In this document: positions 31,590-42,842 of the stretch, in pieces
Numbering within the stretch: position 1 is the stretch's first letter
Layout of the letters: every line of letters starts with the position of its first letter
Source of the DNA: an uncultured Bacteroidales bacterium
Lineage (GTDB): Bacteria > Bacteroidota > Bacteroidia > Bacteroidales > FEN-979
Direction: 5' to 3'
DNA: 64,000 bases
Assembly: GCA_903915465.1 (NCBI GenBank)
Contig: CAIWTA010000046.1
Coordinates: forward strand, 1,364 to 65,363
Position numbers and translations under genes: made by a program
Notes under the pieces: generated by a model
Told to the model about the DNA's origin: nothing
Database searches by the model: none
Seen by the model: only the letters and a program-made list of their open reading frames with translations

Positions 31590-31961
31590 ATGGAATCCAA
31601 AAAAATCTCAGATAATTTTTCCGAAATAACGGAGAACATTAAAGAATACGTTAATCTGAAGATCGACATTCTGAAACTCACACTCACTGAAAAGTTCGCC
31701 CGCCTGGCTTCTTTTATTGTGATCATGCTGATCTTTTTTATCATTTTCCTGTTTTTTTCTCTGTTCGTTTCGCTGGCTTTCATCTTCTGGTTCCGTGACC
31801 ATGCCGGCCCGGCATACATCGGAGCCCTTATTGTAGCCGCATTTTATCTCATCCTGGGAGGATTGATATATCTCTTGCGAAATACTCTTTTTATTAATCC
31901 TTTGGTCGCACAGTTATCACAAATTCTATTAGAGGAGGACACCAATGAAAATGAATCATAA
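31590..31961 (+). CDS. Phage-holin-like (YqjE-type) membrane protein
   Basis: KEYVNLKIDILKL..EK followed by two TM helices; follows YtxH gene. Confidence 0.75.
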   Translation: MESKKISDNFSEITENIKEYVNLKIDILKLTLTEKFARLASFIVIMLIFFIIFLFFSLFVSLAFIFWFRDHAGPAYIGALIVAAFYLILGGLIYLLRNTLFINPLVAQLSQILLEEDTNENES

Positions 31962-32268
31962 ACCTCATCATAAAATACGCAAGCTTAGTACACTTCATGA
32001 ATTGGAGCTTGAAAAAGTCCGGCTGAAATTTGAAGCGCTGAAGAAAGAAGATCAGATAAAAGACAATTACAGAAACATTGTTGATGCACTTTCTTTCAGG
32101 AATTTACTCCAGCATTTGTCAAATGAAATTTCTACGACAACATCAGCTGTTTCGACAGCTTTTTCAGTCGGAAAAAATCTTCTCGAAAAGTTTAAAAAGA
32201 AGAAAAAAAACAAGGATAAAATAACGACAATTTCTCCGCCAATCACTGAGATAGATGTTGTTGAATAG
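31945..32268 (+). CDS. Hypothetical protein (third gene of YtxH cluster)
   Basis: 107-aa ORF overlapping upstream gene; helical, Lys-rich tail. Confidence 0.65.
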   Translation: MKMNHKPHHKIRKLSTLHELELEKVRLKFEALKKEDQIKDNYRNIVDALSFRNLLQHLSNEISTTTSAVSTAFSVGKNLLEKFKKKKKNKDKITTISPPITEIDVVE

Positions 32269-32307
32269 CTTCAAAATTTATCATTCACCTTCCATAATTC
32301 GTGCTTT

Positions 32308-33306
32308 TTGCTGATCAGAAAGTCATTCAATCTCCTTCAAATCATCTTGGGATATTTTTTATCGAGGATTACCCGAAATGTCATTCATTGGGGAAATCCT
32401 GTCAGCATATCTATAGAACCAACCAATTCATGCAATCTCCATTGCCCGGAATGTCCCAGCGGACAGCGGATTCTCACAAGAAAGAAGGGTTTTATTGAAG
32501 ACAGTCTTTTCAACAAAATTATATCAGCGGTTTCCGGCAGGCTGTTCTTCCTGACCTTCTATTTCCAGGGCGAACCCTATCTCCACCCCGGTTTTACAAA
32601 AATGGTCAAAATTGCAAAATTGAAAAAGATCCGTGTCAGTACCTCTACAAACGGTCATTTTCTGAATTCTGAAAATGCAAATTCAACAGTACAATCAGGT
32701 CTCGACAAGCTGATTATCTCATTGGATGGCACTGATCCTGATACTTATTCTTCTTATCGTATCGGTGGTTCATTTGATAAAGTAATTGAAGGAATCCATG
32801 AGATAGTCCGGCAAAAAAAAGAGGTTGGATCGTCAAAACCTAAGATAATACTGCAATTCCTAGTTCTGAAGACCAATGAACATCAAATAGCTGAAGTAAA
32901 AATTCTCGGCCACCGTTTAGGTGTTGATGCTGTGGAAATTAAGACAGCTCAGTTTTACGATTTTGAGAATGGGAATCCACTCATGCCAGTTAATCACCGG
33001 CATTGCCGTTATGTTTCCACAGAAACAAGATCCGGGAAAAACATTTATCACATACGGAACCAGATGCCACGCCATTGTTTTCGTATGTGGAGCTCATGTG
33101 TGATTACGTGGGATGGAGATGTAGTTCCTTGTTGCTACGACAAAGATGCAAAATACAGGATGGGTAATTTAGCTGATAAATCCTTTGATGAAATCTGGAA
33201 AAGTGAAAAATACCGTGAATTCCGCCGTAAGATCCTGCATTCCCGCGAAACCATTGATATTTGCAGAAATTGTTCAGAAGGAATTGGGATTACCAGAATA
33301 ATCTAA
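32308..33306 (+). CDS. Radical SAM/SPASM domain protein
   Basis: CNLHCPEC; C-terminal CFRMW...VVPCCYD...CRNC. Confidence 0.9.
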   Translation: MLIRKSFNLLQIILGYFLSRITRNVIHWGNPVSISIEPTNSCNLHCPECPSGQRILTRKKGFIEDSLFNKIISAVSGRLFFLTFYFQGEPYLHPGFTKMVKIAKLKKIRVSTSTNGHFLNSENANSTVQSGLDKLIISLDGTDPDTYSSYRIGGSFDKVIEGIHEIVRQKKEVGSSKPKIILQFLVLKTNEHQIAEVKILGHRLGVDAVEIKTAQFYDFENGNPLMPVNHRHCRYVSTETRSGKNIYHIRNQMPRHCFRMWSSCVITWDGDVVPCCYDKDAKYRMGNLADKSFDEIWKSEKYREFRRKILHSRETIDICRNCSEGIGITRII

Positions 33307-33311
33307 ACTAT

Positions 33312-33355
33312 ACTCATCAACTCATCAACTCATCAACTCATCAACTTATCAACTC
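33312..33355 (+). repeat. Octamer tandem array ATCAACTC x5
   Basis: Read directly in the intergenic gap before cutC. Confidence 0.92.
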
Positions 33356-33369
33356 TTAAATTACAAAAA

Positions 33370-34110
33370 ATGATCCTCGAAGCATGTGTGAATTCAGCCA
33401 TTTCTGCTGTCGAAGCGGAGCATGGCGGCGCCGACCGGGTTGAATTATGTGAAAACATGGCGGATGGCGGATGTACTCCCGGTTATGGTTCAATTCTGTT
33501 TGCCAGGAAACAGCTAAAGATTGATTTATTCGTGATGATACGTCCAAGGGGCGCGGATTTTCTCTATTCTGCAGGGGAATTTGAGATCATGAAAAACGAC
33601 ATTCGTATGGTAAAAAAATCGGGTGCCAACGGGGTTGTTTTTGGTATCCTGAACCCGAGTGGTGCGATTGATAAAACCCGGATGGAAATACTGTCAGAAC
33701 TGTCGCGCCCAATGAGCATAACTTGTCACCGGGCCTTCGATATGACGGCAGATCCATTTCAGGCCATGGAAGATCTCATAAATTTAGGTATCAACAGGAT
33801 CCTGACATCCGGGCAACGTGAAAACGCATTGCTTGGAGCATCACTTATCAAAAACCTGATCAGCAAGGCAAAAGGAAGAATTTGCATAATGCCCGGCGGC
33901 GGAATAAAAGAACATAATATCAAAGAAGTAATAACCACCACAGGTGCAAATGAATTTCATGTGTATCTCCCAAAATCTGTTCATTCCCAAATGACCTTCA
34001 CCAGGCCGAATATTAACATGGGAAGAACTAATTCCCGGGAATACGAGTCAACGATCATTGACACGGAAAGGATCAAAAGAGTGAAAGAAATAATTAAGAT
34101 GAATTCCTAA
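33370..34110 (+). CDS. cutC: Copper homeostasis protein CutC family
   Basis: GGADRVELC, GGCTP, MIRPRGADF, HRAFD, RILTSG. Confidence 0.95.
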   Translation: MILEACVNSAISAVEAEHGGADRVELCENMADGGCTPGYGSILFARKQLKIDLFVMIRPRGADFLYSAGEFEIMKNDIRMVKKSGANGVVFGILNPSGAIDKTRMEILSELSRPMSITCHRAFDMTADPFQAMEDLINLGINRILTSGQRENALLGASLIKNLISKAKGRICIMPGGGIKEHNIKEVITTTGANEFHVYLPKSVHSQMTFTRPNINMGRTNSREYESTIIDTERIKRVKEIIKMNS

Positions 34111-34116
34111 TGTAAG

Positions 34117-34124
34117 TAAGTTTG
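34117..34124 (+). promoter_or_regulatory. Bacteroidota sigma-70 -7 element (TAAGTTTG) for GH20 gene
   Basis: TAnnTTTG about 30 nt upstream of ATG. Confidence 0.55.
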
Positions 34125-34155
34125 CAACCTTTTCACCACTAAAACTGTTCGAACA

Positions 34156-36504
34156 ATGAAAGGAAAAATACTGATTATCCTGATCTGCATTTTGTGTTCA
34201 TTTTCTGCCGGAGCAACCGGAAATTCTGTGATCAATATTGTTCCAAAACCTGCAAAAATGAAAATTTTTCAGGGGAATTGTGAACTCAGGGAGAAGATGG
34301 AAATATGTTATCAATCGACTAATCCTGAGCTAGCGCAGATTGCCAGGTTTTTTACTGATCGTGTCCTTCTTGCAGGAGGTCCTTCATTAAATATCACCAG
34401 TCAACCCAACGAATCCAAAAAGAAACCGGAGATCTTTATAACCATAAAGGTCGGACAGCTTCCAGCAGAAGGTTACAAACTGGTTGTGAAAAGCAACAGT
34501 ATTCTGATCACCGGTGGTAGTGAAGCAGGTGTTTTTTATGGCATACAGACGTTGTTACAACTTTTACCAGCAGAAGTGTTTGGAAAAGGAACCAGTAAGT
34601 CAAATATAAGGTGGATCGTTCCTTGTGTCGAAATTAAAGATCAACCGCGATATTCCTACCGGGGTATGCATCTTGATGTTTCCCGTCATTTTTTCCCCAA
34701 AGAATTTATCAAAAGATACATAGACCTGATGTCGATGTATAAAATGAATACTTTTCACTGGCATCTGACGGATGATAACGGATGGAGAATTGAAATTAAG
34801 AAATATCCGAAACTCACGCAGATCGGGGCCTGGCATGTAGACCGTGAAAATCTGCCATGGAAAGAGCGCCCGCCGCAACAAACCGGTGAAAAAGCAACAT
34901 ATGGCGGTTATTATACACAGGATGAAATCAGGGAAATTGTTGTTTATGCAAAAGAACGATTTGTTACTGTGATTCCTGAAATAGAAATGCCGGCTCATTC
35001 GCTGGAAGTGCTGGCCGCCTACCCGCAATTGTCGTGTACCGGAGGACCATTCACCGTGCCTCCCGGCAGCTACTGGCCAAACAATGATATTTTATGTGCA
35101 GGAAATGATTCAACTTTCACTTTTATTCAGGATGTCTTGTCTGAAGTGATCGCCCTCTTTCCTTCGGAATATATTCATATCGGCGGTGATGAAGCAGACA
35201 AAGCGCAATGGAAATTGTGTCCCAAATGCCAATTGAGGATAAAGAACGAAGGTCTGAAAGATGAAAAGGAATTACAAAGTTATTTTATTAAGAGAATTGA
35301 GAAATTCCTGATCTCGAAAAACCGGAAGATGATCGGGTGGGATGAAATTCTCGAAGGTGGCCTGGCACCTGAAGCTACCGTTATGTCTTGGCGAGGGGTA
35401 GAAGGAGGAATTTCAGCTGCAAAGCAAGGTCATGATGTGATTATGACACCAACAACATTTTGTTATTTCGACTATTACCAGGCAAATCCCAAAACAGAAC
35501 CAAAGGCAATCGGTGGAATGCTGACCCTGAAAAAAGTCTATTCATTTGAACCAACACCGCGGGAATTGACCCATGATCAGGCAAAACATATTTTGGGTGC
35601 ACAAGGAAATCTGTGGGCTGAATACATCCCTACCGAAGCACATGCCGAATATATGGCAATTCCCAGGATGCTTGCCCTGGCAGAAGTTGTATGGTCCCCA
35701 AAAATACAGAGAAACTGGCAAGATTTCCGTTCACGGATCACAGCTCAGTTCAGAAAACTCGACCAGATGCATGTCAATTATTGCAAAGGATCTTTTAAGG
35801 TTGATGTCAGCACATATTTTGACAAAAAGCTCAATTCGCTTCAATGCAAACTCGAATCTGAACAACCGGATTGGCCGATAGTCTACACACTTGATGGAAA
35901 TAATCCTGTGTCTAAATCTCCGGTTTATTCACAACCCTTCGAGATAAATAAAAATTGTTACATCAAAGCGGGAATATTTCGAGATAGTAATGCGGAAGAT
36001 TCATTTACCGAACGCACCATTCTTAATCATCATGCCATTGGAAAGAGAACCAATTACCTTCAGCCATACAGTTACAGGTACACAGGAGGTGGTGATGGCG
36101 CCCTTACAGATGGTCTTCGCGGTTCTTCCGATCATCGCGATGGAGGCTGGCAGGGATTTTTAGGAAATGATATGGAAGTTGTGATTGACCTGGGGAAAGT
36201 GGAACCTGTCAGGTCGGTTGCCATTACTTTTTTGCAGAATAATGCCAGTTGGATCTTTTTACCTGATTCTGTGATCTTTTCCTTATCTCCAAATGGCAAG
36301 AGATTTCATTCCATCAACGAAGTTGGAAATTCGATAACCAAAAAAACCGACCGGCCGATCATCCAGGAATTCTCTCAGATTTTCCCTGATACTCCGGCAA
36401 GGTATATAAAAGTTCGCGCTAAGAATGCAGGTGTTTGTCCATCCTGGCATGAAGGCGCCGGGGAATCCTGCTGGGTGTTTGCAGATGAGATAGTGGTGTA
36501 TTGA
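34156..36504 (+). CDS. GH20 beta-N-acetylhexosaminidase with C-terminal Fn3-like and F5/8-type domains
   Basis: RGMHLDVSRHF, HWHLTDD.GWR, HIGGDE catalytic motif, signal peptide. Confidence 0.95.
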   Translation: MKGKILIILICILCSFSAGATGNSVINIVPKPAKMKIFQGNCELREKMEICYQSTNPELAQIARFFTDRVLLAGGPSLNITSQPNESKKKPEIFITIKVGQLPAEGYKLVVKSNSILITGGSEAGVFYGIQTLLQLLPAEVFGKGTSKSNIRWIVPCVEIKDQPRYSYRGMHLDVSRHFFPKEFIKRYIDLMSMYKMNTFHWHLTDDNGWRIEIKKYPKLTQIGAWHVDRENLPWKERPPQQTGEKATYGGYYTQDEIREIVVYAKERFVTVIPEIEMPAHSLEVLAAYPQLSCTGGPFTVPPGSYWPNNDILCAGNDSTFTFIQDVLSEVIALFPSEYIHIGGDEADKAQWKLCPKCQLRIKNEGLKDEKELQSYFIKRIEKFLISKNRKMIGWDEILEGGLAPEATVMSWRGVEGGISAAKQGHDVIMTPTTFCYFDYYQANPKTEPKAIGGMLTLKKVYSFEPTPRELTHDQAKHILGAQGNLWAEYIPTEAHAEYMAIPRMLALAEVVWSPKIQRNWQDFRSRITAQFRKLDQMHVNYCKGSFKVDVSTYFDKKLNSLQCKLESEQPDWPIVYTLDGNNPVSKSPVYSQPFEINKNCYIKAGIFRDSNAEDSFTERTILNHHAIGKRTNYLQPYSYRYTGGGDGALTDGLRGSSDHRDGGWQGFLGNDMEVVIDLGKVEPVRSVAITFLQNNASWIFLPDSVIFSLSPNGKRFHSINEVGNSITKKTDRPIIQEFSQIFPDTPARYIKVRAKNAGVCPSWHEGAGESCWVFADEIVVY

Positions 36505-36508
36505 GAGA

Positions 36509-36631
36509 ATTTACGATTGGACGATTTACGAATGAAGTTTGTTATTTACGATTTTATATTCCTATGAACTCACTTGATAAATTGTCAATCATTAACTTTA
36601 ATCGTCAATCATAAATCGTCCAATCGTAAAT
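36509..36631. repeat. 23-bp inverted repeat built from ATTTACG-like units between convergent genes
   Basis: ATTTACGATTGGACGATTTACGA (36509-36531) vs TCATAAATCGTCCAATCGTAAAT (36609-36631), 1 mismatch. Confidence 0.87.
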
Positions 36632-36658
36632 AAGTAGGGTTTCTTCTTCTTTGCAGTG

Positions 36659-37222
36659 CTAAACGGTAAGAATGTCTTTTTCTTTTATTTCGATGATCTT
36701 GTCAACCTTACTGCTAAATTCATCCGTTATTTTCTGAATATCCAGTTCCAGCTTTTCTACTTCATCTTCAGGAGTACCGTCTTTCTTTAATTGTTTGGCT
36801 GTTTCATTGGCAATCCGGCGAATGTTACGGATGCTGATTTTGGCATTTTCCGCTTCAGTCCTGGCTCTTTTTACCAGTTCTTTCCTTCGTTCTTCTGTCA
36901 AAGAAGGTACAACGATGCGAAGGATCTCTCCTTCATTTTTCGGATTAAAGCCCAGGTTTGCAGCAAGAATAGCCTTTTCAATCAATCCAAGAACGCTCTT
37001 ATCCCAGGGTTGAACGATGATCTGCCGTGCATCCGGAGATGAGATATTAGCAGCCTGGTCAAGGGGAGTCATTGATCCATAGTAATCGATTTTAACGCCT
37101 TCGAGCATCATTGGACTGGCTTTCCCTGCCCTTACTTTTTGTAACTCTTTTTCAAGATGGAAGATAGCGTGATTCATGCCTTCTTTGGCCTCTTCAAGGC
37201 ATAATACAGTGTCGTCGTTCAT
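36659..37222 (-). CDS. frr: Ribosome recycling factor
   Basis: RAGKAS, DYYG, QPWD, LTEERRKELVK, IRNIRR. Confidence 0.97.
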   Translation of the reverse strand: MNDDTVLCLEEAKEGMNHAIFHLEKELQKVRAGKASPMMLEGVKIDYYGSMTPLDQAANISSPDARQIIVQPWDKSVLGLIEKAILAANLGFNPKNEGEILRIVVPSLTEERRKELVKRARTEAENAKISIRNIRRIANETAKQLKKDGTPEDEVEKLELDIQKITDEFSSKVDKIIEIKEKDILTV

Positions 37223-37294
37223 GCTTTTTCAGATATAATTATTTTACAAAAATAGCAAATCTACCTGATCGATGAAAGCTAATGCAATCAAAGG

Positions 37295-37999
37295 TTATCT
37301 CACAATAGTACCAATTTTTTCTCCACTCAATAATTTGAGAAGATTCCCTTTCTTGTTCATATCGAAGACCACCACAGGCATGTTATTTTCTTTGCAGAGA
37401 GTGAAGGCTGTGAGATCCATGATCTTTAATCCCTTTTCATAAGCTTCGTCAAAACTCAGGCTGTCGTACTTCAGAGCATTTGGGTCTTTCTCGGGATCAG
37501 CAGTATATACTCCATCCACACGTGTTCCTTTAAAAATAACATCGGCCTGGATTTCCAATGCCCGTAAAGCAGAGGCAGAATCGGTTGTAAAATATGGATT
37601 TCCCGTACCTCCTGCAATGATTACAACAAATCCTTTCTCAAGATAATTAATCGCTCTTTTTCTGCTCATTGTTTCACAGATCGGATCAACTGCTATTCCA
37701 GAAAGGATTTTCGATTTAACGCCCTGGTTTTCCAATTCTCCCTGAATTGCCAGACTATTGATCAAGGTTGCCATCATCCCCATATAATCACCCTGCACGC
37801 GGTCAATTCCGTGATTGGTTCCCTGCACTCCGCGGAAAATATTTCCACCACCGATTACAACAGCGACCTGAACTTTTTTATCGGTTGCTGATTTAATTTC
37901 GGTTGCATAATCAGCCAGACGAATCGCATCTATTCCATATTGCTGCTCACCCATCAGGGCTTCACCACTGAGTTTGAGCAGAATCCGTTGATAAACCAT
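37295..37999 (-). CDS. pyrH: UMP kinase
   Basis: LLKLSGEAL, GGGNIFRG, GTGNPYFTTD, DGVYTADP. Confidence 0.97.
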   Translation of the reverse strand: MVYQRILLKLSGEALMGEQQYGIDAIRLADYATEIKSATDKKVQVAVVIGGGNIFRGVQGTNHGIDRVQGDYMGMMATLINSLAIQGELENQGVKSKILSGIAVDPICETMSRKRAINYLEKGFVVIIAGGTGNPYFTTDSASALRALEIQADVIFKGTRVDGVYTADPEKDPNALKYDSLSFDEAYEKGLKIMDLTAFTLCKENNMPVVVFDMNKKGNLLKLLSGEKIGTIVR

Positions 38000-38033
38000 C
38001 TGATTTTATTTAAGTTACCAATTGCGACATTTC

Positions 38034-38065
38034 ATCTCTCCATCAACTCATCAACTCATCAACTA
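38034..38065 (+). repeat. Octamer tandem array ATCAACTC (about 4 units)
   Basis: Read directly, just past the secA stop. Confidence 0.8.
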
Positions 38066-38068
38066 AAT

Positions 38069-41000
38069 TCACTCTCCTACCCCGTGACAATTCTTAAACT
38101 TCTTACCACTTCCACATGGGCATATATCATTCCTCCCGACACGTTTTTCCACCTTAACTGGCTGCGGTTTTGATTTGTCTTGTGTATTGGAATTGGCTTG
38201 AGAAAGAAGGTCAGAGCGTTCCTCTTTCAATCGACTCCGGTCAGTGCGCTTAGGCGCTTGAGCTTCATGAACATTCTGTACCTGTATTGGCACATCCGCT
38301 TTTACAAGAAATGAAGTAATTTCTTTATTGGTTCGTTGGACCATCGCCTTGAATAATTCGAATGATTCGAATTTATATATCAATAACGGATCTTTTTGCT
38401 CATAAGCCGCATTCTGCACAGATTGTTTCAGTTCATCCATTTCCCTGAGATGCTCTTTCCATGCATTATCGATCATTCCGAGGACAATACCTTTCTCAAT
38501 TGAGAGAGGAACTTCTTTTCCTTTATCGTTGTATGCTTTCTTCAGATTGGTAATGACCTGCATGGTTTTTATCCCGTCAGTTACCGGAATGCCAATATTT
38601 TCATATTGGCTGTTGTCTTCATAAACATCCTTAATAATAGGAAAAGTTTTGTTGGCAATGGTTTCATTTTTTAATTTGTACCTTTTATATACGTGAGAAT
38701 AGAGGTTATCGGTGACCTCGTCGGCACGAATCGAATAAAAATCATTTTCACTGAAGGGAGGATCGGTGATAAACTCCTTCACAAGTTCCAGCTTGAAGCC
38801 AGTAAAATCGCGTCGTTCCTGGTAATCAAGTACGACAGTTTCGCAGACATCATAGATCATATTGCTGATATCCACTGCCAGTCTTTCTCCAAACAAGGCG
38901 TGGTGTCTTTTTTTATAAATAGCTTCACGCTGGATGTTCATCACGTCATCATATTCCAGCAACCTTTTCCGGATTCCGAAGTTGTTCTCTTCAACTTTTT
39001 TCTGCGCACGTTCGATAGATTTGGATATCATCGAATGCTGAATGACCTCTCCCTCGTCAATTCCCATGCGGTCCATGATCTTGGCAATACGGTCTGAACC
39101 AAACATTCTCATCAGGTCGTCTTCCAGCGAAACAAAGAACTGCGAACTGCCGGGATCTCCCTGACGTCCGGCACGTCCGCGCAACTGGCGGTCAACACGT
39201 CGGGATTCATGCCGTTCTGTTCCAATAATCGCCAATCCTCCTGCTTCTTTTACTCCTTTACCCAGCTTGATGTCAGTACCACGACCAGCCATGTTGGTTG
39301 CGATGGTGACAGTTCCTGCCTGACCTGCTTCCAGAACAATTTCAGCTTCTTTTTGGTGAAGTTTAGCATTCAGCACATTGTGTTTTATATTTACCCGCTT
39401 CAGCATGCGGCTCAGCAACTCGGAAGTCTCCACAGAAGTTGTTCCGACCAGCGAAGGTCTGCCGATGGAAATAAGATGTTCAATCTCGGCAATCACCGCA
39501 TTGAATTTTTCGCGCTTTGTTTTGTATACGAGGTCTTGTCTGTCATCGCGGATGATCTTACGGTTGGTAGGAATTACAACTACATCAAGTTTATAAATAT
39601 CCCATAATTCACCTGCTTCAGTCTCAGCAGTTCCGGTCATACCTGCAAGCTTTTTATACATGCGGAAATAATTCTGCAGGGTGATGGTTGCATAAGTCTG
39701 GGTGGCCGCCTCAACTTTCACACTTTCCTTGGCTTCAATAGCCTGGTGAAGGCCGTCGGAATAACGTCTTCCTTCAAGGATACGGCCGGTTGATTCATCA
39801 ACGATTTTGACCTTATTGTCCATCAGCACATATTCGACATCCTTTTCAAAAAGGGCGTACGCTTTTACGAGCTGGTTAACTGTATGAACCCGCTCCGATT
39901 TCACAGAGTAATCGATCATAAGCTGGTTCTTCTTTTCCAGCTTTTGTTCTTCCGAAAGCGTCTGGCGTTCAAGCTCAGCCATTTCATTTCCGATATCAGG
40001 CAGGATGAAAAGAGAAGCATCTCCAAAAGACTCTGCCAGCAGGTCAATACCTTTGTCGGTCAATTCAATGGTGTTGTTTTTTTCATCAATAACGAAGAAC
40101 AATACATCATCGATGATATGCATGTTTTTGGACTGCTCGGCCATATAGAAATTTTCCGTTTTCTGGAGCAGTGCCTTCATTCCCATTTCGCTGAGGAACT
40201 TGATAGTCGGTTTATTTTTAGGAAGGCCACGGTGGGCACGTAACAATTGCTCCCCGGCTTTTTTGGCATTTTCTGAATTTTCCAGATCTTCAGAAAGAGA
40301 CTTTGCTTCTGCAAGAAGTTTAGTCACAAGGTTACGCTGTGCATTGTACAATTTGACTACTTCAGGTTTGAGCGATTCAAAAGCCTGATTATCGCCTTTT
40401 GGTGTAGGCCCTGAGATGATCAGCGGAGTCCGGGCATCATCGATCAATACAGAGTCCACTTCATCAACGATCGTAAAGTTATGCGGACGTTGAACGAGTT
40501 CTTCAGGATTCCCTGTCATATTGTCGCGGAGATAGTCGAACCCGAATTCATTGTTTGTACCAAAAGTCACATCTGCGTTATACGCATTCCTTCGGGCATC
40601 CGAGTTGGGTTCATACCTGTCAATGCAATCCACTTTCAGTCCATGAAACTCATAAAGTACACCCATCCACTCAGAGTCACGTTTGGCCAGGTAATCATTC
40701 ACAGTTACTATATGAACACCTTTGCCAGGCAGCGCATTCAGGTAAACCGGAAGTGTAGCAACGAGAGTTTTTCCTTCCCCTGTCCCCATTTCAGCAACTT
40801 TTCCCTGGTGAAGGACGACTCCGCCAATCAGCTGAACATCATAATGTATCATATCCCACCGGATCATGTTGCCACCTGCAACCCAACTGGTCTTGAACCG
40901 GGCCATATCATCGACAATATCCACATTGGCCTTCTTTGCTGCCATATCACGATCCATCTGGGTAGCAGTGACTTCGACAAATTCGTTTTCAACAAACCGA

Positions 41001-41353
41001 CTGGCTGTTTCCTTCATCACGGCAAAAGCCTCCGGAAGGATCTCATCCAAAATCTCCTGGGTTAGGTCGTAGGATTCTAATTCCAGCTTATCAAGGACAG
41101 CATAAAGTTTCTCTTTCTCCTCGACATCAATCTCATCAGAATCAAGTGAAACTTTTAATTCCTGGATCTCTTTTTCCTTAGCAGAAAGATGATTGCTGAT
41201 GCGCTGCTTAAAATCAATTGTTTTAGCCCGAAGCTCATCGTTGCTCAAATTCCTGAATTCTTCTCCGAATCCAAGCGCAGCATGAACAACAGGCATAATA
41301 GACTTTATATCCCTTTGGGATTTGTCTCCCAGAAAATGTTTAAGAATATTCAT
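38069..41353 (-). CDS. secA: Preprotein translocase subunit SecA
   Basis: [51 protein letters not shown]; start chosen at MNIL because a TAATTTTG promoter element lies at 41386-41393. Confidence 0.98.
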   Translation of the reverse strand: MNILKHFLGDKSQRDIKSIMPVVHAALGFGEEFRNLSNDELRAKTIDFKQRISNHLSAKEKEIQELKVSLDSDEIDVEEKEKLYAVLDKLELESYDLTQEILDEILPEAFAVMKETASRFVENEFVEVTATQMDRDMAAKKANVDIVDDMARFKTSWVAGGNMIRWDMIHYDVQLIGGVVLHQGKVAEMGTGEGKTLVATLPVYLNALPGKGVHIVTVNDYLAKRDSEWMGVLYEFHGLKVDCIDRYEPNSDARRNAYNADVTFGTNNEFGFDYLRDNMTGNPEELVQRPHNFTIVDEVDSVLIDDARTPLIISGPTPKGDNQAFESLKPEVVKLYNAQRNLVTKLLAEAKSLSEDLENSENAKKAGEQLLRAHRGLPKNKPTIKFLSEMGMKALLQKTENFYMAEQSKNMHIIDDVLFFVIDEKNNTIELTDKGIDLLAESFGDASLFILPDIGNEMAELERQTLSEEQKLEKKNQLMIDYSVKSERVHTVNQLVKAYALFEKDVEYVLMDNKVKIVDESTGRILEGRRYSDGLHQAIEAKESVKVEAATQTYATITLQNYFRMYKKLAGMTGTAETEAGELWDIYKLDVVVIPTNRKIIRDDRQDLVYKTKREKFNAVIAEIEHLISIGRPSLVGTTSVETSELLSRMLKRVNIKHNVLNAKLHQKEAEIVLEAGQAGTVTIATNMAGRGTDIKLGKGVKEAGGLAIIGTERHESRRVDRQLRGRAGRQGDPGSSQFFVSLEDDLMRMFGSDRIAKIMDRMGIDEGEVIQHSMISKSIERAQKKVEENNFGIRKRLLEYDDVMNIQREAIYKKRHHALFGERLAVDISNMIYDVCETVVLDYQERRDFTGFKLELVKEFITDPPFSENDFYSIRADEVTDNLYSHVYKRYKLKNETIANKTFPIIKDVYEDNSQYENIGIPVTDGIKTMQVITNLKKAYNDKGKEVPLSIEKGIVLGMIDNAWKEHLREMDELKQSVQNAAYEQKDPLLIYKFESFELFKAMVQRTNKEITSFLVKADVPIQVQNVHEAQAPKRTDRSRLKEERSDLLSQANSNTQDKSKPQPVKVEKRVGRNDICPCGSGKKFKNCHGVGE

Positions 41354-41430
41354 AATTTCAAAAAAATAAACCTTCAAATACTCAACAAAATTAACTAAAA
41401 TCCTCGAATCAGCGGTATTAATACCCGGAA

Positions 41431-42822
41431 TTAAGGATTCAACAGCTTTTCAATTGAAGCCTCCAGGCCTTTGCCGGGAAAGTCAGCCGGATAACTATAA
41501 ATATTACCGGAGCCATCTATCAACACAAATAACGGATAAGACTTAACATCATACTCTTTCAATAATTCAAGCTGATCTCCAATATGCAGAAAAGTCCATG
41601 TAAAATCCTTTTTCAGATCGATAAAAAATAACATCTTCATGAATTCCCTGTCGGCACAAATGCTGACAAAGTTCATCCTGTTCCCATATTTGGCATACAA
41701 ACTTTTCATGGCCTCCATTTCGCTCAGGCAGCCCTGGCAATAAGTCGTCCAGAAACTAAGCAAGACTGGCTTCCCTTTCAGACTACTGAGTGTTACTGTT
41801 TTTCTGTTCCTATCCTGTAAAGTAAATTCGGGTGCAGGTGTCCCAGTTTTCAGGTATGTCAGAACTTTGCTGATATTCTCTGCTATCAAACGAGTTGCAG
41901 GGTACTTACTTTGGCTGGCAACCGTTTTTATCAACGCAAGGATGTTTTCCTGGTTATACCCAGGAAGGTAGTAAATTTCCTTCAACCCTTTGAGCATCAC
42001 AAGTTCCCGAAGTTGTTGCTTTTTCAGAAGTGTATCTGCTTCCAAAGCTTTCATCAAGGCCTCATAGCTTGATTGACCTTTGAGAATTGTAGCATAATCA
42101 ATAAATTTCAGGCTCCTGGAAGTTGCTATCATATACTTCGTAAAATACTGATTAAAAAAATTCATGTATTCCGCATTTTCATATAGAACCGGGGGATCTG
42201 AAAAATACCGCTTTGCAAGCTGGGCCGGGCTGAATGCTTTGGCCACTTGTTCGAGAGAAGCCATCTTGTATTTGACATAAACGGCAAAATAATTGTTGTG
42301 TGTAGAAACAAAACTGCTGACAATCTCAAATCTGAAAGTATCAAGTAAAGCAATGTTCCGATCGCGATAGAGGTCATTAAAATGTTTGAGCAAAAAATTA
42401 CTATGAAGAATGCTGAACTGCTGAATCAGGGCATTCAGTTCCTCAGGATCTTCATTCCTGAAATCCACCTGTAGATTTTCCGATTGGATGAATGGGTTGA
42501 CTTCTATGGTTGAGTTATAATTCATCGGTGCAATATCAAGCTTATATGATTTCCCAGGCTCCAGGAACATCTCCACCCGGTGAAAATCGATAGAAAGACT
42601 GGCAGAAACGGTGTTGGTAATATCTACTGATAACGAAAATTGGCCTGCTGAATCAATTCTTGTTTTAGCAACTTCTTCTTCTAGGAAAGTGATAAAATCT
42701 TTCGTGACAAATACACGGACCGACTTACCTTCAGCACCAAGAGCCGTTCCGGTTATTCTGACAGGTTGGGAAATTCCAAAAATCGGAAAAAACAAAACGA
42801 GAGCAAATATGAAACCCCGCAT
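41431..42822 (-). CDS. TlpA-like thiol:disulfide oxidoreductase (thioredoxin fold at C-terminus)
   Basis: Signal peptide; APEFTL...[17 protein letters not shown]; YP.FVLID. Confidence 0.85.
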   Translation of the reverse strand: MRGFIFALVLFFPIFGISQPVRITGTALGAEGKSVRVFVTKDFITFLEEEVAKTRIDSAGQFSLSVDITNTVSASLSIDFHRVEMFLEPGKSYKLDIAPMNYNSTIEVNPFIQSENLQVDFRNEDPEELNALIQQFSILHSNFLLKHFNDLYRDRNIALLDTFRFEIVSSFVSTHNNYFAVYVKYKMASLEQVAKAFSPAQLAKRYFSDPPVLYENAEYMNFFNQYFTKYMIATSRSLKFIDYATILKGQSSYEALMKALEADTLLKKQQLRELVMLKGLKEIYYLPGYNQENILALIKTVASQSKYPATRLIAENISKVLTYLKTGTPAPEFTLQDRNRKTVTLSSLKGKPVLLSFWTTYCQGCLSEMEAMKSLYAKYGNRMNFVSICADREFMKMLFFIDLKKDFTWTFLHIGDQLELLKEYDVKSYPLFVLIDGSGNIYSYPADFPGKGLEASIEKLLNP

Positions 42823-42842
42823 GAATAAAGTATTATTTTTTA

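Noticed and set aside
31590-31961. Prophage (holin-like gene)
   Set aside because: No other phage genes; this family is common in chromosomal stress clusters.
31341-33306. RiPP cluster (SPASM radical SAM beside small ORFs)
   Set aside because: The small ORFs are membrane-type YtxH/holin-like proteins; no precursor-like peptide, peptidase or exporter.
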